Source: an uncultured Gammaproteobacteria bacterium (GTDB lineage: Bacteria; Patescibacteriota; Patescibacteriia; S139-126). Taken from it: a stretch of DNA of 64,000 nucleotides. Position 1 is the stretch's first letter. Each line of letters starts with the position of its first letter. Location of the stretch: NCBI GenBank assembly GCA_964620905.1, contig CAZUKA010000001.1, positions 18,141-82,140 of the forward strand, in the 5' to 3' direction. The notes beneath the pieces were generated by a model, which was given only the letters and a program-made list of their open reading frames with translations, made no database searches and was not told the DNA's origin. Below, in pieces: positions 27,545 through 36,823 of the stretch. Position numbers and translations under genes: made by a program.

Positions 27545-27920
27545 GTTCTTTAGTTTTGGTTAAAAAACCCTGCAATAACGCATGTGTAGTATTTGCTTGT
27601 TCGACCAATGATTTAAAATCTGTTTCATTTAAATAGCCAACATCTTTGGCAATCAATATTTGATCTTTTAATTCAGTCAAAGAGCCGTGGGCTTGATAGT
27701 AAAAGCGTAGCTTATCTTTGAACCCTTGTCTACCAAAACCTTCAGCAATATTACTTGTAACTGAACTTGATGATCTTCTCATCTGATCAACTAAAGAATA
27801 AGTTTCTTCTTTGGGAAAATTTTTGGTTATAGAATAGATTAAAATGACGAGTTTATGTCCTTCTTGCCAAACTTTTAAATCAGTAAAAGATTTTATTTTA
27901 TTATTTTCTAATTTATTCAT
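27525..27920 (-). CDS. Four-helix-bundle protein (23S rRNA intervening-sequence protein / Avd-like family)
   Basis: SFTDLKVWQEGH...FPKEETYSLVDQMRRSSSSVTSNIAEGFGR...AHGSLTELKDQILIAKDVGYL. Confidence 0.92.
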   Translation of the reverse strand: MNKLENNKIKSFTDLKVWQEGHKLVILIYSITKNFPKEETYSLVDQMRRSSSSVTSNIAEGFGRQGFKDKLRFYYQAHGSLTELKDQILIAKDVGYLNETDFKSLVEQANTTHALLQGFLTKTKELLNHTS

Positions 27921-27924
27921 AAAA

Positions 27925-27994
27925 CGTAAATCGTAAATCTTAAATCCTAAATCTTAGTGATATTCATAAATCTTAAATCGTAAATCGTAAATCT
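27925..27994. repeat. Heptamer array (NTAAATC), right arm flanking the four-helix-bundle gene
   Basis: CGTAAAT CGTAAAT CTTAAAT CCTAAAT ... CATAAAT CTTAAAT CGTAAAT CGTAAAT, in 7-bp register. Confidence 0.85.
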
Positions 27995-28770
27995 TACTTA
28001 CCCATTAGTAATTTTTTAACCAGGTATCTCACACTTCTTCTCAAGTAGGCCAGCCAGAAATTTGGATAATCCTTTCTATATTTCATCACCAACCTAATGT
28101 TCATCTTCATCATAGCAAGGATTTTTTCACGGGTCACGCTAGATGCGTGCTGGCGATATTTGGTCATATATTCTGACAAGTTTGCCAGCGGCCAAATTAT
28201 ACCCATTTTTAGCCAGAGATCATAATCTTCCAAAAAAGGTAAAGTCTCGTCATAACCACCAACATGCAAAGCAGCTTGGCGGTAATACAGCACACTAGAG
28301 TGGGCGAGAGGGTTTTTTTTCAGGATTGAACTTTTGATTTTTTCTGGGGCGGCAGGATTTTGATATTTATTTATTTCCGTGTCTTGCTCGTCAATTACAA
28401 TTACCCCAGTGCCAACAGCCACGCAGTTGGGATTGTTTTTTAAATAATCAACTTGATTTGCCAATTTTTCCTTGTTTGACCACCAATCATCACTATCCAA
28501 AATTGCGATAAATTCACCCCGAGCGGTTTTTAATCCTAAATTACGCGCTGCACTGATACCTGGGTCAATTTCATTTTTGATATAAACAAAACGTTTATCA
28601 TTTTTGGCAAGTTCACTGATAATTTTTTCAGTATCATTGTACTGTCCATTGTCTATGACAATAAGTTCCCAATCAGTCAGGGTTTGATTTTTTACACTGT
28701 CAATCATTTTAGGTAAGAATTTTTCCCGACCTTGGTGAGTGAGGGTGATAATGGAAACTTTGGGAATCAT
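27994..28770 (-). CDS. Glycosyltransferase family 2
   Basis: VSII, WELIVIDNG, GISAARNLG, AILDSDDWW, EDYDLWLK. Confidence 0.9.
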   Translation of the reverse strand: MIPKVSIITLTHQGREKFLPKMIDSVKNQTLTDWELIVIDNGQYNDTEKIISELAKNDKRFVYIKNEIDPGISAARNLGLKTARGEFIAILDSDDWWSNKEKLANQVDYLKNNPNCVAVGTGVIVIDEQDTEINKYQNPAAPEKIKSSILKKNPLAHSSVLYYRQAALHVGGYDETLPFLEDYDLWLKMGIIWPLANLSEYMTKYRQHASSVTREKILAMMKMNIRLVMKYRKDYPNFWLAYLRRSVRYLVKKLLMGK

Positions 28771-28777
28771 TAGAAAA

Positions 28778-28845
28778 GATTTAGGATTTAAGATTTAGGA
28801 TTTAAGAATAATAATCATAAATCATAAATCATACTTCATAAATCA
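28778..28845. repeat. Heptamer inverted-array hairpin (empty site)
   Basis: GATTTAG GATTTAA GATTTAG GATTTAA, short loop, CATAAAT CATAAAT CATACTT CATAAAT. Confidence 0.85.
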
Positions 28846-29667
28846 TATGGCTAGCCAATCTTTTGGTAGTAGATGCTCATAGTGCTTCTGGTATTTATTA
28901 TTCCATTTTTTGGGAGCAATGACAATTTTGTTGGGATTTTGATTTAAATATGCAGCCCACCAGGAAAAAGTGCTGTTGGCTATAATTTGATGTTGGCACT
29001 GGCGCAACAGTATCAGTTCTTGTGCTTCATCGCTGTCTTGGTCAGGGGATACATAAATAATCGGTTGCAGGTTTTTTAAATTTGCTTTTGCCCAAGCAAT
29101 ATCATCAGAAAAAACAAAATAGGTGATATTTTGTAGTTTTGATTGTATTAACCCAAGTGCTTTTTGAAAATAATCCAGCGTGATTGTTTGATGGATAGAT
29201 TTAATAAAATCACCTCGTCTGATGTGAATAGCAACTGATGTGGTGTTTTTTATTTGTTCTGATATATTTTGATAATAACCATTAATTATACATTTCAGAG
29301 TGATTTCTTCAATTAATTCTTTTTTTATTGGGTCAATATATAGATATGATTGAAAGTACCCTTCAAAATAATTGTCTTGCAATGTAAGTAATTGTGGTTG
29401 CCAACCAATATGAAATTCACGAAATATTTTTTGTTTGATAAATTTTGCAAAAACTGAGGGCGCGTATTTTTGTATTTCATCTGCATTGGCAATTTGTGCT
29501 TTGATATTGAATTTATTTAAAACATAATCTCGGCGTGTGTCCTTAACACTCCCCAAAGATTGAATATCAAGTTTTAGAGGTTCATTTTTCTTGATAGCAA
29601 GTAATCTGCCAAAACCGTATTGGAAAAGTTGATTTCCTAGTCCACCTTTTAATTTAATTATTATCAT
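28843..29667 (-). CDS. GT11 alpha-1,2-fucosyl/colitosyltransferase
   Basis: GGLGNQLFQY, GYFQS, HIRRGDF, FSDDIAW, IANSTFSWWAAYL. Confidence 0.92.
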   Translation of the reverse strand: MIIIKLKGGLGNQLFQYGFGRLLAIKKNEPLKLDIQSLGSVKDTRRDYVLNKFNIKAQIANADEIQKYAPSVFAKFIKQKIFREFHIGWQPQLLTLQDNYFEGYFQSYLYIDPIKKELIEEITLKCIINGYYQNISEQIKNTTSVAIHIRRGDFIKSIHQTITLDYFQKALGLIQSKLQNITYFVFSDDIAWAKANLKNLQPIIYVSPDQDSDEAQELILLRQCQHQIIANSTFSWWAAYLNQNPNKIVIAPKKWNNKYQKHYEHLLPKDWLAI

Positions 29668-29687
29668 GTTTTTAGCTGTTAGCTTTT

Positions 29688-29733
29688 ACCCTGTTAAATT
29701 ACTTTGTACCGCTTTCGGCGGATTTAACAGGGT
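29688..29733. repeat. CCCTGTTAAAT...ATTTAACAGGG palindromic element, copy 2 (overlaps the FkbM 3' end)
   Basis: ACCCTGTTAAAT-tactttgta-CCGCtttcgGCGG-ATTTAACAGGGT. Confidence 0.75.
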
Positions 29734-30664
29734 GAATTATTAAATCTCTCAGTAAACTTATTTTTTCTTCTGGGACAGCAATTAAATTATCATAATTTGA
29801 TATATCTGGAACAAATTTGGGATTTTTTAAATTACCTTGTAAATCAGCTTCAAAAATTTGGTAATTATTTTCTTTTAATATTGATATAGAAGTATTTTTA
29901 TTTTCTTCCCATTCTTTTTCAAAAGTAATTTCTATACTAATCAACGGTCTAATAGAATTTAAAACAGATTTCATGCCTTGTAAGATTTTATATTCAGCTC
30001 CTTCAGCATCAATTTTTATAAAATTTGGAATAACATTATTTTCTTGGCAAAAACTATCTATATCAGTAGCAGATACTGAAATATGTTTTTCTTGTTTATG
30101 TAAAAATTCGTAATTGTTTTCTTGGCGGTTTTTGAAAGTATTGAAGGCACTGTATTTTGGTCCATAGTCCAAAAAATCGATAGTTGTTTTTTTATCAAGC
30201 GCGGCTAAATTGGAAGGATAAACATTTTTATTTTGAGCCATTTGGCTATTGAGCTTTAATGAATAAAAAGTTCGAGGAGTTGGTTCTAAAGAGTAGACTT
30301 TACCGTTTTTTTCAACTAAATAAGAAGCAAGTAAAGAATAATAGCCCACATGAGCACCAACATCTAAAAAAGTGTCACCAGGTTTTAAAAAGTTAATCAA
30401 AAAATTGGTTAAATTGGCTTCAAAAAAACCATAGTACTGCAAGGCATTTGCTTCTGGTAAGTAGTAAGTCATCTTTTGCCCCCAGAGTGATTTTTTATAA
30501 ACACGGTAAGGTTTTAGATAAGCAAATAGTGCCATTATATAAAAAATTCCAGTTCTCCATGGGTCTTTAATAAGTCTTTTAAAACGACTGTTATTGAATT
30601 TATACAATTCGTAGCGTTTTAAAATTTTTTCTTTTAGTTGATGTTTGACTGAATCAGACGGCAT
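29699..30664 (-). CDS. FkbM-family SAM methyltransferase
   Basis: FLDVGAHVGYYS, LEPTP, IKIDAEGAE. Confidence 0.9.
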   Translation of the reverse strand: MPSDSVKHQLKEKILKRYELYKFNNSRFKRLIKDPWRTGIFYIMALFAYLKPYRVYKKSLWGQKMTYYLPEANALQYYGFFEANLTNFLINFLKPGDTFLDVGAHVGYYSLLASYLVEKNGKVYSLEPTPRTFYSLKLNSQMAQNKNVYPSNLAALDKKTTIDFLDYGPKYSAFNTFKNRQENNYEFLHKQEKHISVSATDIDSFCQENNVIPNFIKIDAEGAEYKILQGMKSVLNSIRPLISIEITFEKEWEENKNTSISILKENNYQIFEADLQGNLKNPKFVPDISNYDNLIAVPEEKISLLRDLIIHPVKSAESGTK

Positions 30665-31567
30665 TTATTTTTGATTAATTATATTTAAATATTTTTGCGC
30701 AGAAATTTTATGGGTAAAATTGGCAAGTGCATATTGGCGAGGTTTATAATTTGCCAGATTATTAATCATCTCGTTTAAATTCAAATTAAATTCATCAATA
30801 GAAACAAAAAATTTACCACAATCATCTGTCAAATAGGGACTGGCTAGTTTATTGTCGGTGATAGTATGTTCTTTATATTTAATTGTGCCAGGATTCCAAA
30901 CTAGTGTTGGTACATCCCGCACCCAAGCTTCTTGTTGGGCAATTCCTTGACTTTCTGATTTAGTAAAAAATATAGCTAGTTTTGTTTTACTTAATTTAGC
31001 AAAATAGTCTTTTTGTTTATACTTACCATATTTTATTATGCTAATTTTTAATTTTGTAATTTTTAAATTTTGTAAAATTTGATTAAATAATCTTTCCGGG
31101 GAATTTTTCTGATAAATCAAAATAGTGTTTTTTTCAGTCAAAGGTGTAAGTTCCCCTGGATCATCCACCCCAGCAGCCAAAATATATATTTTATCTTTAA
31201 TAACAGGGGATAGAGAAGAGTAAAAGTTTTTTGTCCATTCGCATGGCAATACAATTTTATCAATTAAAGGATGTTCATAAATAGCATCTGCTTCTTTGGG
31301 GGTTACTACAATATTTGGTCCAGCAAGTAACTGTTTTATTTTTCCCAATTTTTTTTGTTCAATAGCATAGTGCAGAGCTTTGGGATTTTGTAAAACCCCC
31401 ACAGTGTCTGAATTTATTTTATTGGGGTTTAAGATATATTCAACATTAAGTTCTTTTAACCCTGTTATTAAACTATAAAGCACAGCCTCAGGACCTCGTT
31501 GTGGCCTGATTTTATCTTTCAGAGTATCTATAATTGAATATGGTGGTTTAGTGAGTAGAGTGAGCAT
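30665..31567 (-). CDS. Putative glycosyltransferase (GT-B-like)
   Basis: ESQGIAQQEAW (ExxGxxxxE-type motif) and cluster context. Confidence 0.65.
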   Translation of the reverse strand: MLTLLTKPPYSIIDTLKDKIRPQRGPEAVLYSLITGLKELNVEYILNPNKINSDTVGVLQNPKALHYAIEQKKLGKIKQLLAGPNIVVTPKEADAIYEHPLIDKIVLPCEWTKNFYSSLSPVIKDKIYILAAGVDDPGELTPLTEKNTILIYQKNSPERLFNQILQNLKITKLKISIIKYGKYKQKDYFAKLSKTKLAIFFTKSESQGIAQQEAWVRDVPTLVWNPGTIKYKEHTITDNKLASPYLTDDCGKFFVSIDEFNLNLNEMINNLANYKPRQYALANFTHKISAQKYLNIINQK

Positions 31568-32759
31568 TTATGATTTTTTTAATTCTTCGAGGAATAGCTT
31601 TTAAATAAAAAATAATATTTAAACTGGTTATAAACCTTCTAAATTTATTTGGAAAAGGATTTTTTATCACATCTAGATAAATATTTTCGATATTTTTCAT
31701 TTGTCCAGATACTTCGTATTTTTCTAAAAATCTTTCTTTTGCTTTTATTTGACGCATTTGTAAATATTCTTTATCTATTGCTAATTTTTTCATTTCCTCA
31801 ATATATTCATCAACTGTTCTGACAACTAAACCAGCTTCATCAATACATTCTACATGACCATTGTTTATTTCTGACCAGTGACTAATGATTGGCAGCCCAT
31901 AAAACATAGCTTCAGCCATGGCAGTTGAATTGACCTCACCATCTTTTCGACCATGAGCATAAACATTTAAAGTATTTAAAAATTTGTAAATAAAATTTGG
32001 GTCAGAATTATGTGGTAAAAATGTAATATTGGTTATTCCTAATTTTTTTGCTTGTCGTTTATATTTTTCCCCACCTCCCAAGAGTATAAAATGATTGTTG
32101 TTATCGGCAATTTTTTGAAAAGCAACCAGAGGAATAGGAGAAAAAATATTATCATCATTTCTTTGGTGAAATCCATAAATAAATTTATTTTCCAAATTCA
32201 ATTCATGTCTAAAAGTCTCATTTGTTTTTGACATAGTCATGGGATGGGAGACAATAACCACTCTTTTTTTATCACCACCTTTTTTGATCCACCGGTCCGC
32301 ATTCCACTGACAAATATGCATTACTCTTGAGATATTATATTGGTTGTCAACACCAGCATCTAGATGAATCGAGTCCACTATGGGTGTTTTTTTTATTTTA
32401 TTAAAAGGGTATACAGAGTTGCCAGCCCTACCAGTTTGGATAATATCGTATTTTTTTTCAACAAATTTTTGCCAAAAATCAGTATTTACCCAAGGAAGTG
32501 ATCTTTTTCTAGCGTTAATTGCTCCAACTTTAAATTCAATCAAGTTTACACCTGAGTTTTCCATTATTTTTTTACGGTTTGTATCTGTACCAGGGTGTTT
32601 ATAATCGCTACCAATATATGGTGCGGTATCAGAGTAAAAATAATCAACTTCAAAAATGTTTTTGTTTAAATTGATGGCAATAGTTTGTAAAAATTTTTCA
32701 GTTCCTCCAGCAGACAGCCCACCAAATTTTACAAATGCAATTTTTATTTTTTTATCCAT
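31548..32759 (-). CDS. Glycosyltransferase family 4
   Basis: GGTEKFL; GEVNSTAMAEAMFYGLPII. Confidence 0.8.
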   Translation of the reverse strand: MDKKIKIAFVKFGGLSAGGTEKFLQTIAINLNKNIFEVDYFYSDTAPYIGSDYKHPGTDTNRKKIMENSGVNLIEFKVGAINARKRSLPWVNTDFWQKFVEKKYDIIQTGRAGNSVYPFNKIKKTPIVDSIHLDAGVDNQYNISRVMHICQWNADRWIKKGGDKKRVVIVSHPMTMSKTNETFRHELNLENKFIYGFHQRNDDNIFSPIPLVAFQKIADNNNHFILLGGGEKYKRQAKKLGITNITFLPHNSDPNFIYKFLNTLNVYAHGRKDGEVNSTAMAEAMFYGLPIISHWSEINNGHVECIDEAGLVVRTVDEYIEEMKKLAIDKEYLQMRQIKAKERFLEKYEVSGQMKNIENIYLDVIKNPFPNKFRRFITSLNIIFYLKAIPRRIKKIINAHSTH

Positions 32760-32762
32760 ATA

Positions 32763-33698
32763 CTATTTATTTTTCAAACGGTTTTTTAAAGCATTTAAAT
32801 ATATCAACCACTTTGGATAAATTTTAATATTTGGTTCTTTACCAATTTGTTTGATAAACTCATCATGTAATTCAGGAATATGCCAAATTTGTAGCGGTTC
32901 AAAAAATTCTATTCCATATTCAGTAAACCAAGCTAAGATTTTTTCCAAATGCCAATTTGATTTTGGTGTTTCTTTTGGTAAAAATATATCTTTTACCCAT
33001 TCTTCAGGAACAGGTGAGAGTTTGGCTTGGGGATTATCCAAAGTAATTGAATAGGTATTGTTAATTCTTTTGGCATTGCGTTCCCCCTTGATTAGTTCAT
33101 TACATCTATACCAGGCTTGTTTCAGTTGGACTTGATGCCAATTAACAAACTGAAAATGCAAAACCACACCAAGTTTTTCTGACAGTTTGTTTATATTTTC
33201 ATTTGTTCCGGGAGTTCTCTGCTCTGATAAAAATTGATCAGGATAAGAAATTTTTCCATCATCACATACTATAAAATCTTTGTAAATATTGCCAAACGGG
33301 GGAGTGCCATCTATGTATTTGTCAATAGATTTCCACAGATGTATCCATCTTAACCATAATTTTTCTCCTGGTTTTAGTTTGTTGATAATTCCTTTTGCCT
33401 GGAGTATAAAGTTGGCAGAAAATGTTTCGTCCGCATCCAGCCAAATAAAATGTGTACCTCCAGCTTTTCTTCCTTCAGACAAAAGTAAATTTCTTCTTTT
33501 TGACATATTGACATATTTTTCATTTATATATGGGTTGTCAATGATTTTAATATTATTATCAACCAAAATTTGTCTTGATCCGTCAGTAGAGTTATCATCA
33601 AGAACTATAATTTCATCAGCTATTTTTTTTACTGATGATAAATAAACAGGCAATATCCATGCTTCATTTTTTACCGGAAGAAGAGCAATTATTTTCAT
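32763..33698 (-). CDS. Glycosyltransferase family 2
   Basis: PVKNEA, DEIIVLDDNSTDGS, WLDADE. Confidence 0.88.
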   Translation of the reverse strand: MKIIALLPVKNEAWILPVYLSSVKKIADEIIVLDDNSTDGSRQILVDNNIKIIDNPYINEKYVNMSKRRNLLLSEGRKAGGTHFIWLDADETFSANFILQAKGIINKLKPGEKLWLRWIHLWKSIDKYIDGTPPFGNIYKDFIVCDDGKISYPDQFLSEQRTPGTNENINKLSEKLGVVLHFQFVNWHQVQLKQAWYRCNELIKGERNAKRINNTYSITLDNPQAKLSPVPEEWVKDIFLPKETPKSNWHLEKILAWFTEYGIEFFEPLQIWHIPELHDEFIKQIGKEPNIKIYPKWLIYLNALKNRLKNK

Positions 33699-34396
33699 AT
33701 ATTCTTATCAAGGATAATTTTGTTTTCCTCTTGATGAATCTTGTTTTTACTACCGCTTAAACTAGTACCTTCGTTTCTAAATTCTCCGGCTATTTCATCA
33801 CAAAGAGAAAAGTTGGTAATTTTTGCCGCTCTCACACACCAATCAAAATCTCCAGCGATTTTGAATTTTTTATCAAATGGGCCAACTTGTTCAAAAAGTT
33901 TTTTTGTAAACATAAAAAATGGTCCGCAGTACATTCCTCGGGTAAATATTTTTTTATCAAATATTGGTGGTTTCACCGTGATTTTTTTTACCAGCAGGGG
34001 ATAATTTAAAATTTTTATATATCTTTTATAAATAAAAGGAAAATATATTAGTCCTGTTCCATTTGAAAATAATTTTAGAGCGCTAAATATAGGCTTTGGA
34101 TATCTTTTATCGTCAACATTCCAAAAACCAATTATTTCTCCCCGGGATAAGCTTATACCTCGATTCCAACTGGCATAAAGTGATTCCCTGGGTATAAAAT
34201 ATAGTTTTACGAATTTATTATTGTTAGTTAATTTATTTAAAATATTTTTTTCATTTCCATTTGGATTGTTACTGATGATTATAAATTCAAAATCAATACC
34301 TTTTTGTTTTAGATGATTTGAAAAATATTCTATATTTGATAGATATTTTTTTAAATATTTTTCGCTTTTGTATAATGAAGTAATAAAAGAGATCAT
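33695..34396 (-). CDS. Glycosyltransferase family 2
   Basis: SLYASWNRG, WNVDD, GPFDKKFKIAGDFDWCVR. Confidence 0.85.
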   Translation of the reverse strand: MISFITSLYKSEKYLKKYLSNIEYFSNHLKQKGIDFEFIIISNNPNGNEKNILNKLTNNNKFVKLYFIPRESLYASWNRGISLSRGEIIGFWNVDDKRYPKPIFSALKLFSNGTGLIYFPFIYKRYIKILNYPLLVKKITVKPPIFDKKIFTRGMYCGPFFMFTKKLFEQVGPFDKKFKIAGDFDWCVRAAKITNFSLCDEIAGEFRNEGTSLSGSKNKIHQEENKIILDKNI

Positions 34397-35631
34397 ACTA
34401 ATTTATTACAAAATATTTTCATTTTTTCTAACATTGAAGAGCCATATTTATCCCAGCTTATATTATCTTTTATAAAATCCAAACCATTTCTTTGTATTTT
34501 TATGTATAATTCATTATCATGTATAAGTTCATTTATTTTCTCTGCAATTTCTTGTGGGTTTTTTGGATTTACCAATAAACTATTTATTTTATCAGTTAAT
34601 ACTTCACTGGCGCCAGTTGTTTTTGAAACTAAAGTAGGTAAACCGCAGGCCATTGCTTCAAATACCACTAGTCCCCAAGTTTGCATATGGTTGGGAAAAA
34701 TAAAAATATCATGTTCTCTATAATTTTTAAGCAATTTATCCTCATTTACTGAACCTAAAAAGTTAACGTTTTTTTGTAATTTATTTTTTTCGATTATTTC
34801 ATCTAAGTATTTTTTATAAGATGTACTATTTTTATAATCACCTATTATGTTTAAGGAAATATTTATTTTTTCTTTTTTTAAAATATTTATGGCTAATATT
34901 GCATCTTCGAATCTTCTGTGAGGAGCTAATATGCCGGTCATAAGGATTTTTATGTTGGAATTTTGTTTTTTATTATATAAATTACTATCAGGTGTAAAAT
35001 AGTGATTATCTACCCCACTTCTTACAATATCAGAGTTTATATTAAAATATTTTTTTAAAGCTAACTTATTTATATTATCAAGAACCGTAACAATATTTTG
35101 TTTTTTAATAAATTTTTTTTCATAAAGATCTAAAAAAAACCTAAATAATCTGTCAATAAAATTATTATTTAATTGTTCAAATCTTTCAGAGTTCCAACGA
35201 TAGGAAGGGATATCATTAGCCATCCATATTGAATGATTTTTTTTATTTCTTTTTTTATAATAATACGAAACTCTATATACAAATCTATCATGAACATTTA
35301 AAATATCTGTATCTTGGTCAATCATTTCAGCTAGTTTTTTTGAAAATTTGTTTATACGGGAATTGAAATATAATAATTTTAAAAATTTATTATTTTTTAA
35401 TATTTTATTTGGAAACATTATTTTATTTTCTTCATCTGACGAGTAACACTCAAATAAATTTGTTTGTTTTATATTATTTAATATTTCTTTGTATGGATTG
35501 TCTTTATTTCCAAAAATACTATAAACATTGATATCAATATTTTTTTCTTTTAGATTTTTTGCTAAATTAAATGCTTGTTTTTGTGAACCTCCTTCAGAAT
35601 AAGATCCCCAAATAATTATTGCTACTTTCAT
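34393..35631 (-). CDS. Glycosyltransferase family 4
   Basis: GGSQKQ, RRFED, QTWGLVVFEAMACGLP. Confidence 0.88.
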   Translation of the reverse strand: MKVAIIIWGSYSEGGSQKQAFNLAKNLKEKNIDINVYSIFGNKDNPYKEILNNIKQTNLFECYSSDEENKIMFPNKILKNNKFLKLLYFNSRINKFSKKLAEMIDQDTDILNVHDRFVYRVSYYYKKRNKKNHSIWMANDIPSYRWNSERFEQLNNNFIDRLFRFFLDLYEKKFIKKQNIVTVLDNINKLALKKYFNINSDIVRSGVDNHYFTPDSNLYNKKQNSNIKILMTGILAPHRRFEDAILAINILKKEKINISLNIIGDYKNSTSYKKYLDEIIEKNKLQKNVNFLGSVNEDKLLKNYREHDIFIFPNHMQTWGLVVFEAMACGLPTLVSKTTGASEVLTDKINSLLVNPKNPQEIAEKINELIHDNELYIKIQRNGLDFIKDNISWDKYGSSMLEKMKIFCNKLV

Positions 35632-36818
35632 TTCTTTTCTAAATATTTTTTAAATATATATATAATATAATCAAGATCTTCTTTTTTTAAATCTTGATGA
35701 CAACCAATATAGAATCCATTTTTATTTATATATTTTGCTACTGGATATTCTTTTTCAATATTACCAAAAATTCTTTTATAAATAGGTTGATTCAATAAAG
35801 GCATTAAATATCTTGTTTCTATACCATTTTTTTCTAAATAAAGAATTAAATTGTCCCTTTTTATTTTATTCGAAATGATTAGAATAGGGAAACCTAAGAA
35901 AGAATGCCCCCTATCTTTTAATATTGTTGGTAACTGTAATAAATGATTATATTTTTTTAAACTCCTAATAAGATATTTAGCATTTATATTTCGTTTTCTA
36001 ATTATGTTTTCAATTTTATTTAATTGTTCTAAACCAAGAGCCGCTTCCATTTCTGTTAGTCGATAACTATATCCCACATCTATAAACGAGAATCTTCTAT
36101 CGATAATTTTAAATGCATTTTTATTAGATAAATTATTGTCATCATCAATGTGTAAATATATGGAATCTCTACCATGATTCATTAGACTTTTTATTTTAAT
36201 TGCGTATTTTGGATTATTTGTGGTAGCAATTCCACCAACGCCGGTTGTGATTATATGGGCAACATAGGTTGAAAAACAGCCGATATCTCCAATTGTTCCA
36301 ACTGGTTGATTTTTGTATTTAACTAGCATTGTTTCACATGAGTCCTCAATAATTTTTAAATTATACTTTTTTGCTATTTTTATTATTTCATTCATATCTG
36401 CTGGCAAACCAAATAGATGTACTGGTATAATTGCTTTTGTTTTTTTAGTTATTCTTTCTTCTATTTTAGTTATATCTATATTATAAGTTTCTTTATTTAC
36501 ATCAACAAAAATTGGTTTCATTTTGTTTTGCAAAACAATATTTGAAGTTGCTATAAATGTAATAGCCGGCACTATTACTTCATCATCATCCTTCCATCTA
36601 TGTATTGTTTTCATAGCGTGTAATGATATTTGTAACGCTGCTGTGCCACTAACTGTATATATAGCGAATTTAGAGTTATGGAGTTTTGCAAATTTATTTT
36701 CAAATTTATTTGTTATAGGGCCATATGAAAGTCGGTTATTATCAAGAATTTTTATAATCTGTTTTTTAGCTTGTTTTCCTATATTTAAAGTGCCAATACT
36801 AATATTTCTTTTTTTCAT
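35628..36818 (-). CDS. DegT/DnrJ/EryC1/StrS-family enzyme with active-site His (ColD/E1-like 3-dehydratase candidate)
   Basis: SGTAAL, PAITFIAT, VHLFG, IEDSCE; FSTYVAHIITTGVGG has His at the usual PLP-binding Lys position. Confidence 0.8.
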   Translation of the reverse strand: MKKRNISIGTLNIGKQAKKQIIKILDNNRLSYGPITNKFENKFAKLHNSKFAIYTVSGTAALQISLHAMKTIHRWKDDDEVIVPAITFIATSNIVLQNKMKPIFVDVNKETYNIDITKIEERITKKTKAIIPVHLFGLPADMNEIIKIAKKYNLKIIEDSCETMLVKYKNQPVGTIGDIGCFSTYVAHIITTGVGGIATTNNPKYAIKIKSLMNHGRDSIYLHIDDDNNLSNKNAFKIIDRRFSFIDVGYSYRLTEMEAALGLEQLNKIENIIRKRNINAKYLIRSLKKYNHLLQLPTILKDRGHSFLGFPILIISNKIKRDNLILYLEKNGIETRYLMPLLNQPIYKRIFGNIEKEYPVAKYINKNGFYIGCHQDLKKEDLDYIIYIFKKYLEKK

Positions 36819-36823
36819 AGATT

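Noticed and set aside
27525-27920. Diversity-generating retroelement suggested by the Avd-like gene
   Set aside because: No reverse transcriptase and no template/variable repeat pair differing at adenines was seen in the window. The S8 repeats do not show adenine-specific mismatches.
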